Counted from the stretch's first letter, positions 49,521-59,528 are shown. The stretch: 64,000 nucleotides of DNA from Dakarella massiliensis (GCF_001182045.1 NZ_CVTY01000006.1:356086-420085); one strand, 5' to 3'. Translations and numbers: made by a program. The notes: generated by a model from the sequence alone, not told the origin.

Positions 49521-50130
49521 CAGAGGATCGGTGCTGATGAAATCATAGGTTCAGTCGTTTTTGACTGCTTTAAAATAAGTCAGATTCACTGACATTCTCG
49601 GCGTAGCTGAACTGATTGGCACCGCTCTTATGATGCCGTATGCCCTTGGTCTTACATTTGGAGCTCATCATCTCAAGGAATTTTGGAGCTGGAAGAATGT
49701 TTTTTCATTTTGCTCACATTCTTTATGTTGTCCTGCCGGGGAGTGACGCGCTGTTTGATCGATTCGATCAGAGGATATTAAGTATGTGTTTTTGGTCAGA
49801 TCCACTAAGTGCAAGGAGCCCAGAATCATAAAAGGGGACTTCTTTTCAATCAAGATTTCCTGGAGGCTGTCGATTTTGATGAGATTTAATAAAAGTTTTC
49901 CTATAATTACACCATACGCATCAATCGCATGCCAGGTCTGACTACCTAAATTCCCGCTCAGATAGCTTATTTTTATTTATAAAATTAATAGATCTGGGTT
50001 AAAAGTACAGATAACATATCGGGAATTTAGGCTATAAACAGCGTTGCTAATAGTGATACTTGTGATTTTTTATTCCTATTTTAAATAAAATTCGGGGTTT
50101 CAACGTGATTGCAAGAGAGCAGAGTCCTGA

Positions 50131-51261
50131 TGCAGACCATAAAATTGCGTAGTAATACCGACGTATAAAGCAAAGAAGCATATATTAGGTGTAATTGATA
50201 GGATCGGCCCTGAAGTTGACAGAATTTATGTTGTAGATGATTGTTGCCCAGAAAATTCAGGAGCATTTGTCGAAAAAAATTGCTCTGATCAGCGAGTTTC
50301 TGTTATTAGAAATAGTGTAAATCAAGGTGTTGGTGGAGCTGTGATGACAGGGTATAGAGCGGCTCTCAAAGACGGAATCGATATCATTGTTAAGATAGAT
50401 AGTGATGGGCAGATGGCCCCCGCATTAATAATTGATTTTGTTGGTCCTATAGTAGACGGAGAAGCAGATTACACTAAGGGAAACAGATTCTTCGAATTAG
50501 AGAAGGTAAAATCCATGCCAAGAATCCGACTGATTGGGAATGCCATTCTCTCTTTTATGTGTAAGCTATCATCTGGATATTGGAACCTATTTGATCCTAC
50601 GAATGAATTTACCGCCATACATGCTGATGTAGCACGTCGGTTGCCTTTTAATAGTATAAGTAAAAGGTATTTCTTCGAAAGCGATATATTATTCCGTTTA
50701 AATACACTGAGGGCCGTTGTGATTGACATCCCAATGGAAGCTAAATATGGAGATGAGATAAGTAATTTAAAAATTTCTAGAATAGTCGGTGAATTTTTAG
50801 TTAAGCATTCAAAAAATTTTATAAAAAGAATTTTTTATAACTATTATCTGAGAGATATGTCCTTGGCATCGATTGAGTTGCCGGTCGGTCTATCACTCCT
50901 GCTATTTGGAACTATATACGGTATATATCATTGGGTACACTCCACGACACTGGGAATTACGACTCCAGTTGGAACAGTAATGATCGCTGCCTTAACTATT
51001 CTGATGGGAGTTCAACTGGTGCTGGCATTTCTGTCTTATGATATAGCCAACATTCCTAATAGACCTGTTCACGTCCATAATCACTATAAAATAATGGCCA
51101 ATAATCGATTCTTTATTTATATTTTAGTCGGTATTATCTGTGCCGTAATCGATATAGGGCTGATGGGACTATTAATCCATCAACACATAAATTATTTTCT
51201 AGCGGCTACTATTGGTTTTTTGCTGGATTTATTGTTAATTATTTTTTACATACTAAGATAA
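50131..51261 (+). pseudogene. GT2 polyprenyl-phosphate glycosyltransferase (GtrB/ArnC-like) with N-terminal frameshift near 50150; reading frame runs on into the GtrA-like gene
   Basis: ATG CAG ACC ATA AAA TTG (MQTIKL) at 50131 is in frame +1 relative to the ...VVIPTYKAKKHI...VDDCCPEN...DSDGQ body. One extra base near 50150 restores MQTIKLVVIPTYK. The body has two C-terminal TM helices. Confidence 0.6.
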
Positions 51262-51458
51262 CTTTTAGATCAACACTTTCCAACGAACATTTATTTAAAT
51301 ATTCAATAGTTGTAGCAATTAACTATCTATTAACTCTGATATTTACCTATATATTTGAACAATTTTTTAATCTGCCGATGATGGGGAAGATAATATCTTT
51401 ACCGGTTGTTGCTGTAAATGGGTTCGTCTTATTAAATTATTGGGTTTACTGTAAGTAA
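51097..51458 (+). pseudogene. GtrA-family small membrane protein with frameshift near 51255
   Basis: MANNRFFIYILVGIICAVIDIGLMG...ATIGFLLDLLL in one frame, then KYSIVVAINYLLTLIFTYIFEQFF...VAVNGFVLLNYWVYCK* in the +1 frame. Together these give four TM helices of a GtrA fold. A T6 homopolymer lies at the junction. Confidence 0.45.
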
Positions 51459-51524
51459 ATATATTTAATTTTTATATTTATTTTTTTGTATTAATTATTA
51501 GATGCCGTAAAAGCAACAGCAAAA

Positions 51525-52907
51525 ATGTTCAAATTGACTTCCGAAAAGAAAAATTGGCTTATTCTCGCCATTCTATCAATAGGATATTTTTTCCTATCTT
51601 CAGTCATCCCTCCTCTCATGTCGCCTGATGAACCAAATCATATTGAAAGAGCCTATCTCCTAGAAAAAGGTGTAGTTGTATTGGACAGAAAGGAAGGGAA
51701 TTCAAGCGGCGGATATATTGACACAGGTCTATTGGATTACCTTGGCTACTACAATCCGTTTCAGAAGAAACTGCAGCCAGAAATGATTCATAAGGCGGAA
51801 AAAATTAATTGGAGTGGAAATCGGGTGTACGCAGAATTGCCCGGTACTGGATATTATTTTCCTGCTGCTTATACTCCCCAGGCTCTAGGTCTCATGCTTG
51901 GGGAAAGTATTGGACTAAATATTGATCATTCGTATCGTCTTGCTCGCTTATTTGCTCTGATGGCGATAATCTTGATTCTTTATCTTTCCTTTAGGCTCTT
52001 TTCGCCAAATGGCATAGTGCTAGCAATCCTGGCTCTGCCCATGACTATTTTTCAAATGGCATCTGCAAGTTTAGATGGTATTTGTATTGCTATTACAGTT
52101 CTAGCGATATCAGCCTTTATGCGAATATCAAAAGATAAAAACGCCACTTCTGACAGTATTCAATATGTACTGGCATTATCAATTGCTATCCTTGTTACAA
52201 GCCGTCCAAACACATTGCCGATGCTTTTGTTGCTTGGTGCTTCAATTTTTTATATCAAGAATAAGAAATCAATATTTCTTTTTATACTGACAACATTATT
52301 CATTGGGATATGGACATTGCTGTCATTAAAAACCACAGTCGATTTAAGAGTAACTTTAGGACATTCATCATCTAGCATAATTTATTATTACATAACACAT
52401 CCATTTGACTTCATTAATGTTGTTGGGAATACCTTATCTAACGAACAAAATAGATCTTTTTATTTCAAATCATTTATTGGAATTTTGGGTTGGCTTGATA
52501 TCCCACTAAGCGATAAATATTATAAAATCATCTCAATTTTGTTTTCTATAATAGTGCTTTTATCTGTTTCTCTAAAAAATATTAATAATACTTGGAAGCC
52601 AAGATTTCTGTTGTTTATTACCTCAGTAGCAACTTTATTGCTTGTATTTTTTGCTATGCTAGTTACATGGACTCCTCATCCTGCACATCAGATTCTTGGA
52701 GTTCAAGGAAGATATTTTTTGATACCAGCTATTTTGTTTGGATATGCGATATCAAATAATATAAATTTTTCAAATAATATCCGTACAAAAGAAATCCAAT
52801 TTTTATTATTATTCTTTTTATTGTTGCTGTTTATTCTTCGATGCATTTCACTATTAATCGTTATTTTTTATGTACCGGCCCCATTGATCACAGGACACTT
52901 TCTCTAA
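51525..52907 (+). CDS. Polytopic membrane protein, DUF2142-like (polysaccharide-associated, tentative)
   Basis: At least 12 TM helices and an N-terminal PDEPNHIERAY motif. Follows the RgpF/GtrB/GtrA genes. GC about 30%. Confidence 0.55.
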   Translation: MFKLTSEKKNWLILAILSIGYFFLSSVIPPLMSPDEPNHIERAYLLEKGVVVLDRKEGNSSGGYIDTGLLDYLGYYNPFQKKLQPEMIHKAEKINWSGNRVYAELPGTGYYFPAAYTPQALGLMLGESIGLNIDHSYRLARLFALMAIILILYLSFRLFSPNGIVLAILALPMTIFQMASASLDGICIAITVLAISAFMRISKDKNATSDSIQYVLALSIAILVTSRPNTLPMLLLLGASIFYIKNKKSIFLFILTTLFIGIWTLLSLKTTVDLRVTLGHSSSSIIYYYITHPFDFINVVGNTLSNEQNRSFYFKSFIGILGWLDIPLSDKYYKIISILFSIIVLLSVSLKNINNTWKPRFLLFITSVATLLLVFFAMLVTWTPHPAHQILGVQGRYFLIPAILFGYAISNNINFSNNIRTKEIQFLLLFFLLLLFILRCISLLIVIFYVPAPLITGHFL

Positions 52908-53357
52908 CCTAAAATTTCTTTAGGGGAAAGACTATAACAATCATGAAAAAAGAGGGAACTTTAAAAACTCGTCCTACGACCAGTCGTAGAATTAGTTTGC
53001 CAACGGACAAGAGGGTCGGTTCATTATGAGCTGTACCCTGGCAATACATTTGAGTTTGGAACCATGGTTCCTCTTCTTGAAAAACTGAAGAATGTATGTC
53101 ATTGCTTACCTTCTCTGAAACTCTGGTAACGCGATCAGAAAGATGATTGCGCCACCGAACGGATGGATGTGCCGCATTCATCCGGTGGCGGAGAATACAG
53201 ACGTCAGCCTATATTGCATTTCACTGAGCGAGTGTCAGGCGCAATGATAAATTTTCTGCATCCCTTCATCGACTACTCAGAGTGACTCGATCTGGGAATA
53301 GGCAGGTAAGCTATAGAAGCTCTCTATTCCCGATGCATCCTTTTTCCAGGCGTACGC

Positions 53358-53681
53358 ATGGCTGACACTGATAAAAAACCGACTGAAACCCCGAAACCGG
53401 CAGATAATCCAAACCCCTTTGCCGCTAACTGCCTCTGGGGCGGGGTGTACGCGTTTGCCGCTTTCTTTCTCGGGCAGCCGCAGTACCCAGGCGGCTATAT
53501 CGGTGTCGCGGCGTTCTTTGTGATCGGTTTCCTTTGGAATCCGGCCCGGTTGAAGAAGGGACAGAAGACAAAGATAGAAAAGGAGTGGGAGTCCGCGAAA
53601 GAAGCTCTGCTCGACGATTCAAAAGAAAAGACTTCAGACACGGATGAGAAAGAGAAGGTCTCCCCGACTGATAAACCCTGA
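53358..53681 (+). CDS. Small membrane protein with acidic/Lys-rich C-terminal tail
   Basis: Two hydrophobic helices (LWGGVYAFAAFFLG, IGVAAFFVIGFLW). Confidence 0.4.
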   Translation: MADTDKKPTETPKPADNPNPFAANCLWGGVYAFAAFFLGQPQYPGGYIGVAAFFVIGFLWNPARLKKGQKTKIEKEWESAKEALLDDSKEKTSDTDEKEKVSPTDKP

Positions 53682-53706
53682 CCCCTAAAGACAAGGAGTT
53701 CCTCTG

Positions 53707-53910
53707 ATGACGATGAGTGATGAAGGACGGAAGATCTGGAACAGCCCGGCAGGCGTTCACCTTCTTAAAACCTGGGGGCTCGGAACCGAAGAAACGCCAG
53801 AAGACCGGGAGACGATCAATCGTCTGAAGGAACTGAACCGGAAGCGGGGGATTGTGCCGGGAAACGCCGCGGCGGATAAGAGCGGCCGCGAGCCTGACTC
53901 GGATAAATAA
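53707..53910 (+). CDS. Small hypothetical protein (67 aa)
   Basis: ORF between the two membrane genes, same strand. Coding status uncertain. Confidence 0.3.
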   Translation: MTMSDEGRKIWNSPAGVHLLKTWGLGTEETPEDRETINRLKELNRKRGIVPGNAAADKSGREPDSDK

Positions 53911-53929
53911 GCGATTCGGGAGGATTCCC

Positions 53930-54679
53930 ATGACGAAACCGAGTGAACCGACAGGCTGGCGATCGATCGAACTCTATAACAAGATCACGCTTGGGGTCGC
54001 TCTTCCGGCGTTCGGGAAGGCGGCCTGGAAACCGTTTCTCGTCGTTTCTCTCATCCTCATTATCTGTAAGCAACCACCTTACAGTGATATGGGGATCACC
54101 CTCATCCTCGGCGCGCTGATTTTCTACGTGATTCCGGGGTATCTCAGGTTCGTTCGGGACGCGGCCGGCAGTCCTGACTTCCGCCGGAACCCCAAGGCGG
54201 CTTTGGAAGAGGCGAATAAAGTGGCTTCGAAGATCCTCCTTCTCAAGGAACTCGAATCCGGGCAATTCAAGGCGGAAGGCTGGAAAGAGGGGGACCGGGA
54301 AGCGTTTCTCATGAGTGACCGCGAGGTGGTGAGGGACGCGGAACTCATCCGTGACCCTAATCACCCGACGGATCCCTTTGCCATCGCCTGCGTCTGGCGG
54401 GGAAAGACGATTGGGTACCTGCCGCCCTTTGTTTCCCGGTTCCTCGGCCCCACGATGGATAAAGGACTGCGGCTTAAAGCCTCCATTCATGGCTGGCGGT
54501 CAAGGGAGAAGCCGGGGCTTGCTGACGTCGTTGTCCTTCCAAAGCCTGTTGATTGGAAAGATCAGTCAAAGCTCGACCTTGTCTTCGCAGATATCCGAGG
54601 CGCTTACTATGAGTCTGGGCTTTCGGCGAAGGCGTTCCGCGAGAGTTTTAAGCGAACCGGTCTGGAGACTCCCCCTTGA
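53930..54679 (+). CDS. Membrane-anchored HIRAN-domain protein
   Basis: GGGAGGA SD 7 nt before the ATG at 53930. Two N-terminal TM helices. The C-terminal region IRDPNHPTDPFAIACVWRGKTIGYLPPFVSRFLGP matches the HIRAN signature (NpyDpnAI.V....G..iGYlP). Confidence 0.55.
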   Translation: MTKPSEPTGWRSIELYNKITLGVALPAFGKAAWKPFLVVSLILIICKQPPYSDMGITLILGALIFYVIPGYLRFVRDAAGSPDFRRNPKAALEEANKVASKILLLKELESGQFKAEGWKEGDREAFLMSDREVVRDAELIRDPNHPTDPFAIACVWRGKTIGYLPPFVSRFLGPTMDKGLRLKASIHGWRSREKPGLADVVVLPKPVDWKDQSKLDLVFADIRGAYYESGLSAKAFRESFKRTGLETPP

Positions 54680-54771
54680 GATAACCTCCAGTCTCTGGCT
54701 TTTCATCGCCCGATAAAAAATGCCGATCTCTTTATTGAGACCGGCATTTTGGCTCCCGGGCGCTTAAGAGC

Positions 54772-55767
54772 TTACCTGTTGTTATATGGGAGCTTCTTGC
54801 TTGAGACGAGCGCCTTATGGTCCGCCTCAATAATAAACGGGTGGATCGCGGCCCAGGTCTCGGGGAAATTATCGATAAACGCGGTGTGCCACGCCTTCGG
54901 AACCACGCAGAGTCGCGAATTCGGAAGCATCTGATGCGCTTCGAGCACCGTGATCACCGGCGCGTGGTCATCTTCATCCCCCACAATCAGGAGCACCGGA
55001 GCTTTCACCGCTTTGAAGGTTTCGGCTCCGACCGACATCCGGCTCCAGAAATTCATGTAGTTCGTGAGGAACTCCTGCCAGCGACCCGGTTCCGGCATCA
55101 GTTTCAGCTGCTGCTCGACAAAGGCGTTATCGATCTTCCGGAGGTCCGAGACCTTGAGACCCGGCTTGAAGTACCCGGGTTTAAGCGTTCCCGCGCCGAT
55201 CGCGACGATCCGGTCCACAGCTTTCGGCTCCAATTTCGCCACTTCGTACGCGGTGTACGCCCCGTCGCTGAACCCAATAATCATCGCGGGTTTCCGGGTG
55301 ACCGCGTGCATCACGGCTAGCATGTCGCGCCCCTTCTGCTCGTACGTGATCGGGGAGTGTCCGATTTCAGACCGCCCGTGGCCGCGCGTCGACACCACAA
55401 TCACCTCGTGGTTCGGACGCAGATGGTCGATCAGTGTCCCCAACTCGTAGGGAGCGCCGACACCGCCCCCGTGGAAAACAAACACCGGCGTTCCGGTCTG
55501 AGGCGTCCCGTAGATCTCGTAATAGATCTTCGCGTCACCGGCCTGCACCGTGTGACCAACCGACGGATTATTGCCGTACGGGGTTTGGCTCGCGGCAGCG
55601 CCTGGCTGCTCCGTGAACCAGCGAAGTGGTCCCTGGGTGCCGGTGTGAGCCGCGGAGACAGGCCCTTGGGATGGCGACCCGGGGAAAGCCGACACCGCGG
55701 CGTATGCCGCGCCGGATCCAAACGCCAGTCCCGCGATCATCGCGGAAAACAGCAGATTTCTCATCAT
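54772..55767 (-). CDS. Secreted alpha/beta-hydrolase
   Basis: Signal peptide, HGGGVGAP and GFSDGAYTA nucleophile elbow. Confidence 0.75.
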   Translation of the reverse strand: MMRNLLFSAMIAGLAFGSGAAYAAVSAFPGSPSQGPVSAAHTGTQGPLRWFTEQPGAAASQTPYGNNPSVGHTVQAGDAKIYYEIYGTPQTGTPVFVFHGGGVGAPYELGTLIDHLRPNHEVIVVSTRGHGRSEIGHSPITYEQKGRDMLAVMHAVTRKPAMIIGFSDGAYTAYEVAKLEPKAVDRIVAIGAGTLKPGYFKPGLKVSDLRKIDNAFVEQQLKLMPEPGRWQEFLTNYMNFWSRMSVGAETFKAVKAPVLLIVGDEDDHAPVITVLEAHQMLPNSRLCVVPKAWHTAFIDNFPETWAAIHPFIIEADHKALVSSKKLPYNNR

Positions 55768-55986
55768 GACTCTGTGTGTCCTTTCTGACGGTCCATTTTC
55801 GGACTGAATTAGTTAGATGTCTAACTATTTTATTCTGAAAAAAGAAAAAAGCGAGCCGTTGATACTGCAGGTTTTGGAGGAGGGGAAGAAGGGCAAAAAA
55901 GCACCGATCTTCCACCCGGGAGGAGAGAGAGTCCGGGATGAGAGATCGGTGCAACCGACAGTAGGAGATAATGGTGAAACCGAAAC

Positions 55987-56658
55987 TTATTTGTTCTTGC
56001 GGATAAAGAGGCAATAAACAAAGCACAGAGCCATGATTACGAGAATCACCAGCATGAAGCCAAAGGCGAGCTCGCAGCACTGAGCCATGCTCATAAACTT
56101 CCACTTCGGAATCAGATACCAGGAGTCCGAGCTGTTGTACATATCGATGAACCACTGCTGGAGGCTCGAAAGCTGTGTACCGTCAGGAACCACCGCGAGG
56201 TCGTACCCGCAGTCTCCAGTCGGCTTGAACCAGTCAGGAGCCCACTGGGCGAGCGGGAGATCAAACGGATAGTGAGGATCCGTCGAGCAGCCCTGCATAC
56301 CGAACATCGCGGTCGGATCGTCACTGTGAATAGCATGATGGATAGCCTCAAGCTTCACAGAACACTTAAGACCGTATATCGCGCCGGCAAAAGCAAAGGC
56401 ATAGCCCAGCACCTTCAGGATCAGGTTTTTTGGATTGATAACGCAGATCAATCCGCCGATCGCCATCACCAGAAAGCCGAATCGGATGTAAACACACTGT
56501 TCACAGGGTGCCATGTAAAGCCACACCTGGAACATGTAATGCGCAACCAAAACCAGAAGGACGCAGACTGCGGCCATCAGAACCCAGGGCCAGCGCATAT
56601 CCTGCCAGTCTGCAATTGCGCCGACAGGATCCTTTTTCAAATGATCAAACCAGGACAT
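55987..56658 (-). CDS. dsbI: DsbB-family disulfide oxidoreductase, DsbI-like
   Basis: Membrane protein with an [10 protein letters not shown] CxxC loop. Downstream of assT. Confidence 0.8.
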   Translation of the reverse strand: MSWFDHLKKDPVGAIADWQDMRWPWVLMAAVCVLLVLVAHYMFQVWLYMAPCEQCVYIRFGFLVMAIGGLICVINPKNLILKVLGYAFAFAGAIYGLKCSVKLEAIHHAIHSDDPTAMFGMQGCSTDPHYPFDLPLAQWAPDWFKPTGDCGYDLAVVPDGTQLSSLQQWFIDMYNSSDSWYLIPKWKFMSMAQCCELAFGFMLVILVIMALCFVYCLFIRKNK

Positions 56659-56753
56659 TTTTAGTCTGCCTAAAAATCTGCCCTGCCAATAGGCGATACC
56701 GGCAGGGCAGCCGGGGAGCCTGTGAGAAGATTCTCTCAGGCTTCCTCAATCAG

Positions 56754-58595
56754 TTAATGAACCTTGCTGTTAAAGGCCTTTTCAGGATCAAAAACGATTG
56801 CCTGATAGCCTGTCGTCGAATGGAACTGGAGTTCCACGGACGGCTCCTTGGCACCCCACTCAAATTCCTCGAGATAGGGGTTCGGGGCAGATACGAGACC
56901 GCCGGTCTTCAGGTCATAGTTAGCACCGGCCGTAGCGGAGTAGACGAGGACAGAATTCTTGTCCTTCATGTACTTCACGAGAGAGGTAACGGGGCTGAAC
57001 CAGCCATGGCCGCGTTCCTTGCCGTACTCCCAAACCTGTTCAACCGTGCGCTTGTTCTGATCGATCTTATAGATCACCGCGCGGCTGTACTTCTGAGAGG
57101 GAAGGGCGGGCTGCTCAAAGTGGCGGGCATCGCCGTTATCGAACACGGAGAGCCAGAAGGTGTTCTTATCGGACATCTCGTCGATACGGAAGGCCGTGTG
57201 CTGCGTGAAGGTCCAGTCGAAGTTCGTGTCGTGGCAGACATATTCATCGCAGTCGAGTTTCTTGCCGTTCTTATCAACCGGGGTGAGAAGCAGATCATGG
57301 TAGGGCTTCTTCCAGCCGGCGCCACCGCCCAGAATCCACTTCACCTTGTGATCGCGGCCGATCTTGATGACCGCGCACTGGTGACGGGACGAAATGATGA
57401 TGGAGTCGTCCGTCGGGTCATAGTCGACAGAGTTCACGTGAGCCCAGTTGCGGCCAGGGCCAGTGCCGACGATGTCGCCGAAGTTTCCTGCTTTATCGAG
57501 CTTCTGCAGTTCCTCGGTAGTTACCGTCTTGCCGGCGAGGCTTGCGTCAATATTCAGGCAGACAGCGCCCTGATCGAGTGCCTTGATGGCGACATCGCGA
57601 TACGGATCAAGAATTTCCCAGAGACGCCACTGATCAACCACCTGACCATCCTGGTTCACTTCAATAATCAGGTCGCGGACCGTGTGCACGTTGCGGCCAT
57701 CGGTACGTTTCAGGTTGGCAGATGCCACACGAAGGAAGTAGTGACCGTTCTGGGCAGCGTCCATTGAGTGGCTGAAATCACTGTAGGCGAAGGGGAGACG
57801 ACGGTTCCAGACTTTACGGCCCATGATGTCGTACTTCACATAATGCTGACCGTAACCCCAGGTGAGAGCGCCGTCATCATTCTGCTGAACGCCCATCATG
57901 ATGCCGCCGTTCCAGAGGGAGTTCACATCAAAAATCGGATCAGCCTTGAGGTACCAGCGGATTTCACCCTTGGTATCGGTAATCCAGTTAATCGGGTCAG
58001 AGGACCACTGCAGCGCGCCGCCTTCAGGGCTGTTCCAAACGGCCTTTCGAGTACCGCCGGCAACACCGCCAATGTTATTCACGTAGTACAGACGATTCGC
58101 AAACTTCCCGGTTGCGGGCTTAATGACAGTCGTCTTCGGGAAAATGGCATTTTCGCTCTTGGAGCCAGCCAGATCACGCCAGGCCGGAGGCGCGTACATC
58201 TGATAGGTTTCGTCGAAGTGTTCCGTCTTATTGTTCCAGATACGGTCGTAACTCACCTGAACATGGTTGACGTGGTCCGGGTACAGACCGAAAACCGGGA
58301 TGCCGCCGTGAGTCATCACCTGGCTGTCGGACACGTGATAGGCGATTTCCTGACCGCCGGTCTTCGGGACGATGCGGACGCGGACATTCTTCAGCACATA
58401 GCCGCCGTCATGAATGATGGCGGTGAGCGGCGCGATCTTATACGGATTCATTTGAATCTCGCCGATATGACCCTGAACCTTATAGATGGTCTTAGCGCCG
58501 GACGGACCGCCAAAAGCGAAGGCGGCCGTCGGAAGAGAAATGCCGGCTGCTGCGGCGATGGTCATTTTGTACAGCTGACGACGGGTGATACTCAT
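56754..58595 (-). CDS. assT: Periplasmic arylsulfate sulfotransferase (ASST) with Tat signal
   Basis: MSITRRQLYKMTIAAAAG twin-arginine leader. About 600 aa ASST family. Flanked by dsbL and dsbI as in the described assT-dsbL-dsbI units. Confidence 0.85.
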   Translation of the reverse strand: MSITRRQLYKMTIAAAAGISLPTAAFAFGGPSGAKTIYKVQGHIGEIQMNPYKIAPLTAIIHDGGYVLKNVRVRIVPKTGGQEIAYHVSDSQVMTHGGIPVFGLYPDHVNHVQVSYDRIWNNKTEHFDETYQMYAPPAWRDLAGSKSENAIFPKTTVIKPATGKFANRLYYVNNIGGVAGGTRKAVWNSPEGGALQWSSDPINWITDTKGEIRWYLKADPIFDVNSLWNGGIMMGVQQNDDGALTWGYGQHYVKYDIMGRKVWNRRLPFAYSDFSHSMDAAQNGHYFLRVASANLKRTDGRNVHTVRDLIIEVNQDGQVVDQWRLWEILDPYRDVAIKALDQGAVCLNIDASLAGKTVTTEELQKLDKAGNFGDIVGTGPGRNWAHVNSVDYDPTDDSIIISSRHQCAVIKIGRDHKVKWILGGGAGWKKPYHDLLLTPVDKNGKKLDCDEYVCHDTNFDWTFTQHTAFRIDEMSDKNTFWLSVFDNGDARHFEQPALPSQKYSRAVIYKIDQNKRTVEQVWEYGKERGHGWFSPVTSLVKYMKDKNSVLVYSATAGANYDLKTGGLVSAPNPYLEEFEWGAKEPSVELQFHSTTGYQAIVFDPEKAFNSKVH

Positions 58596-58689
58596 ATTGT
58601 TCCCCTTTGAATTGTTTCGAGACAAAGCTTCCCCTACCCTGAGGGGATGATTCCCTCAGGGAGAAAAGCGAACTGCGGAGAAAACTGAA

Positions 58690-59355
58690 TTACTTTTTCG
58701 CGAGGACTGCGATCAGATTCACGAAGCCATCAATGCTCTGAATGTTCTTCGTCATGATCAGCCACTTGCCGTTGACGACGTAGGCCGGAATGCCCTGGAT
58801 CTTCGCGACGTCATAGACGGGCTTCCAGGAATTGGCGAGAGCCTGAACGGCTGCCGTCTTGCGTTCCTTCGCGAATTCATCGGCAGAAATGCCAGTGGCT
58901 TTCGTCATGGTTTCGATGAAGGCGCCTTCTCCCTTGGTCCAACGTTCGGAGTGACGGTGATAGGCCTGATAGACAGCATCCTTGGCTTTCTTGAAGAGCG
59001 AGTCCTTGGCTTCAAGAGACCGGCCGGCTTTCTTATCCATCAGGATGCACATGGCAAAGAATTCAGACGCGCAGCGTCCGTACTTGCCTTTGGTTTCCAG
59101 ATGACGAGGCTCGAATTTCAGACCGAGCTTTTCGATTTTCGGGATAGCGGTCGGGTCAACGCCAATGTCGTAGCGGAAGCAGAACGGGCAGTCATAGGAA
59201 AAAACCTTGATGACGGTGCCGTTAGCGTTAGCGAGCGGCTTGGCGAGTTTGACGTAATCGGTGCCTTCTTTGAAATCGGCAGCAAACGCGACAGCAGGAA
59301 CAGCCGCAGCGAGAGCGGCGGTTAAAGAAACTTTGAAAAGTGAACGACGCTGCAT
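58690..59355 (-). CDS. dsbL: DsbA-family periplasmic thiol:disulfide oxidoreductase, DsbL-like
   Basis: Signal peptide, CPFC active site, thioredoxin fold. GGAGAG SD before the start at MQRRSLF. Confidence 0.8.
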   Translation of the reverse strand: MQRRSLFKVSLTAALAAAVPAVAFAADFKEGTDYVKLAKPLANANGTVIKVFSYDCPFCFRYDIGVDPTAIPKIEKLGLKFEPRHLETKGKYGRCASEFFAMCILMDKKAGRSLEAKDSLFKKAKDAVYQAYHRHSERWTKGEGAFIETMTKATGISADEFAKERKTAAVQALANSWKPVYDVAKIQGIPAYVVNGKWLIMTKNIQSIDGFVNLIAVLAKK

Positions 59356-59528
59356 ATTCTCTCCATTCATTGATAAAAGGACTATTTGTCCCTGATAAGA
59401 AAAATGTAGTCGTTCATGATTTGAAAAAAATAGAGAATTTCAATGGGTGTATTCTTGTTTTTTGCAAATCAGAGTTCTTGTGATTCTAAAGTATTAGTTC
59501 TGTAGAACTATTTTTGTAAAAAATTCAA

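Noticed and set aside
46900-53300. Transposase or integrase flanking the low-GC island
   Set aside because: I scanned 46800-47020, 49520-50130 and 52910-53350 in six frames and found only short fragments, one membrane-protein-like. No DDE or tyrosine-recombinase motifs, no inverted terminal repeats, and no tRNA at the boundaries were found.
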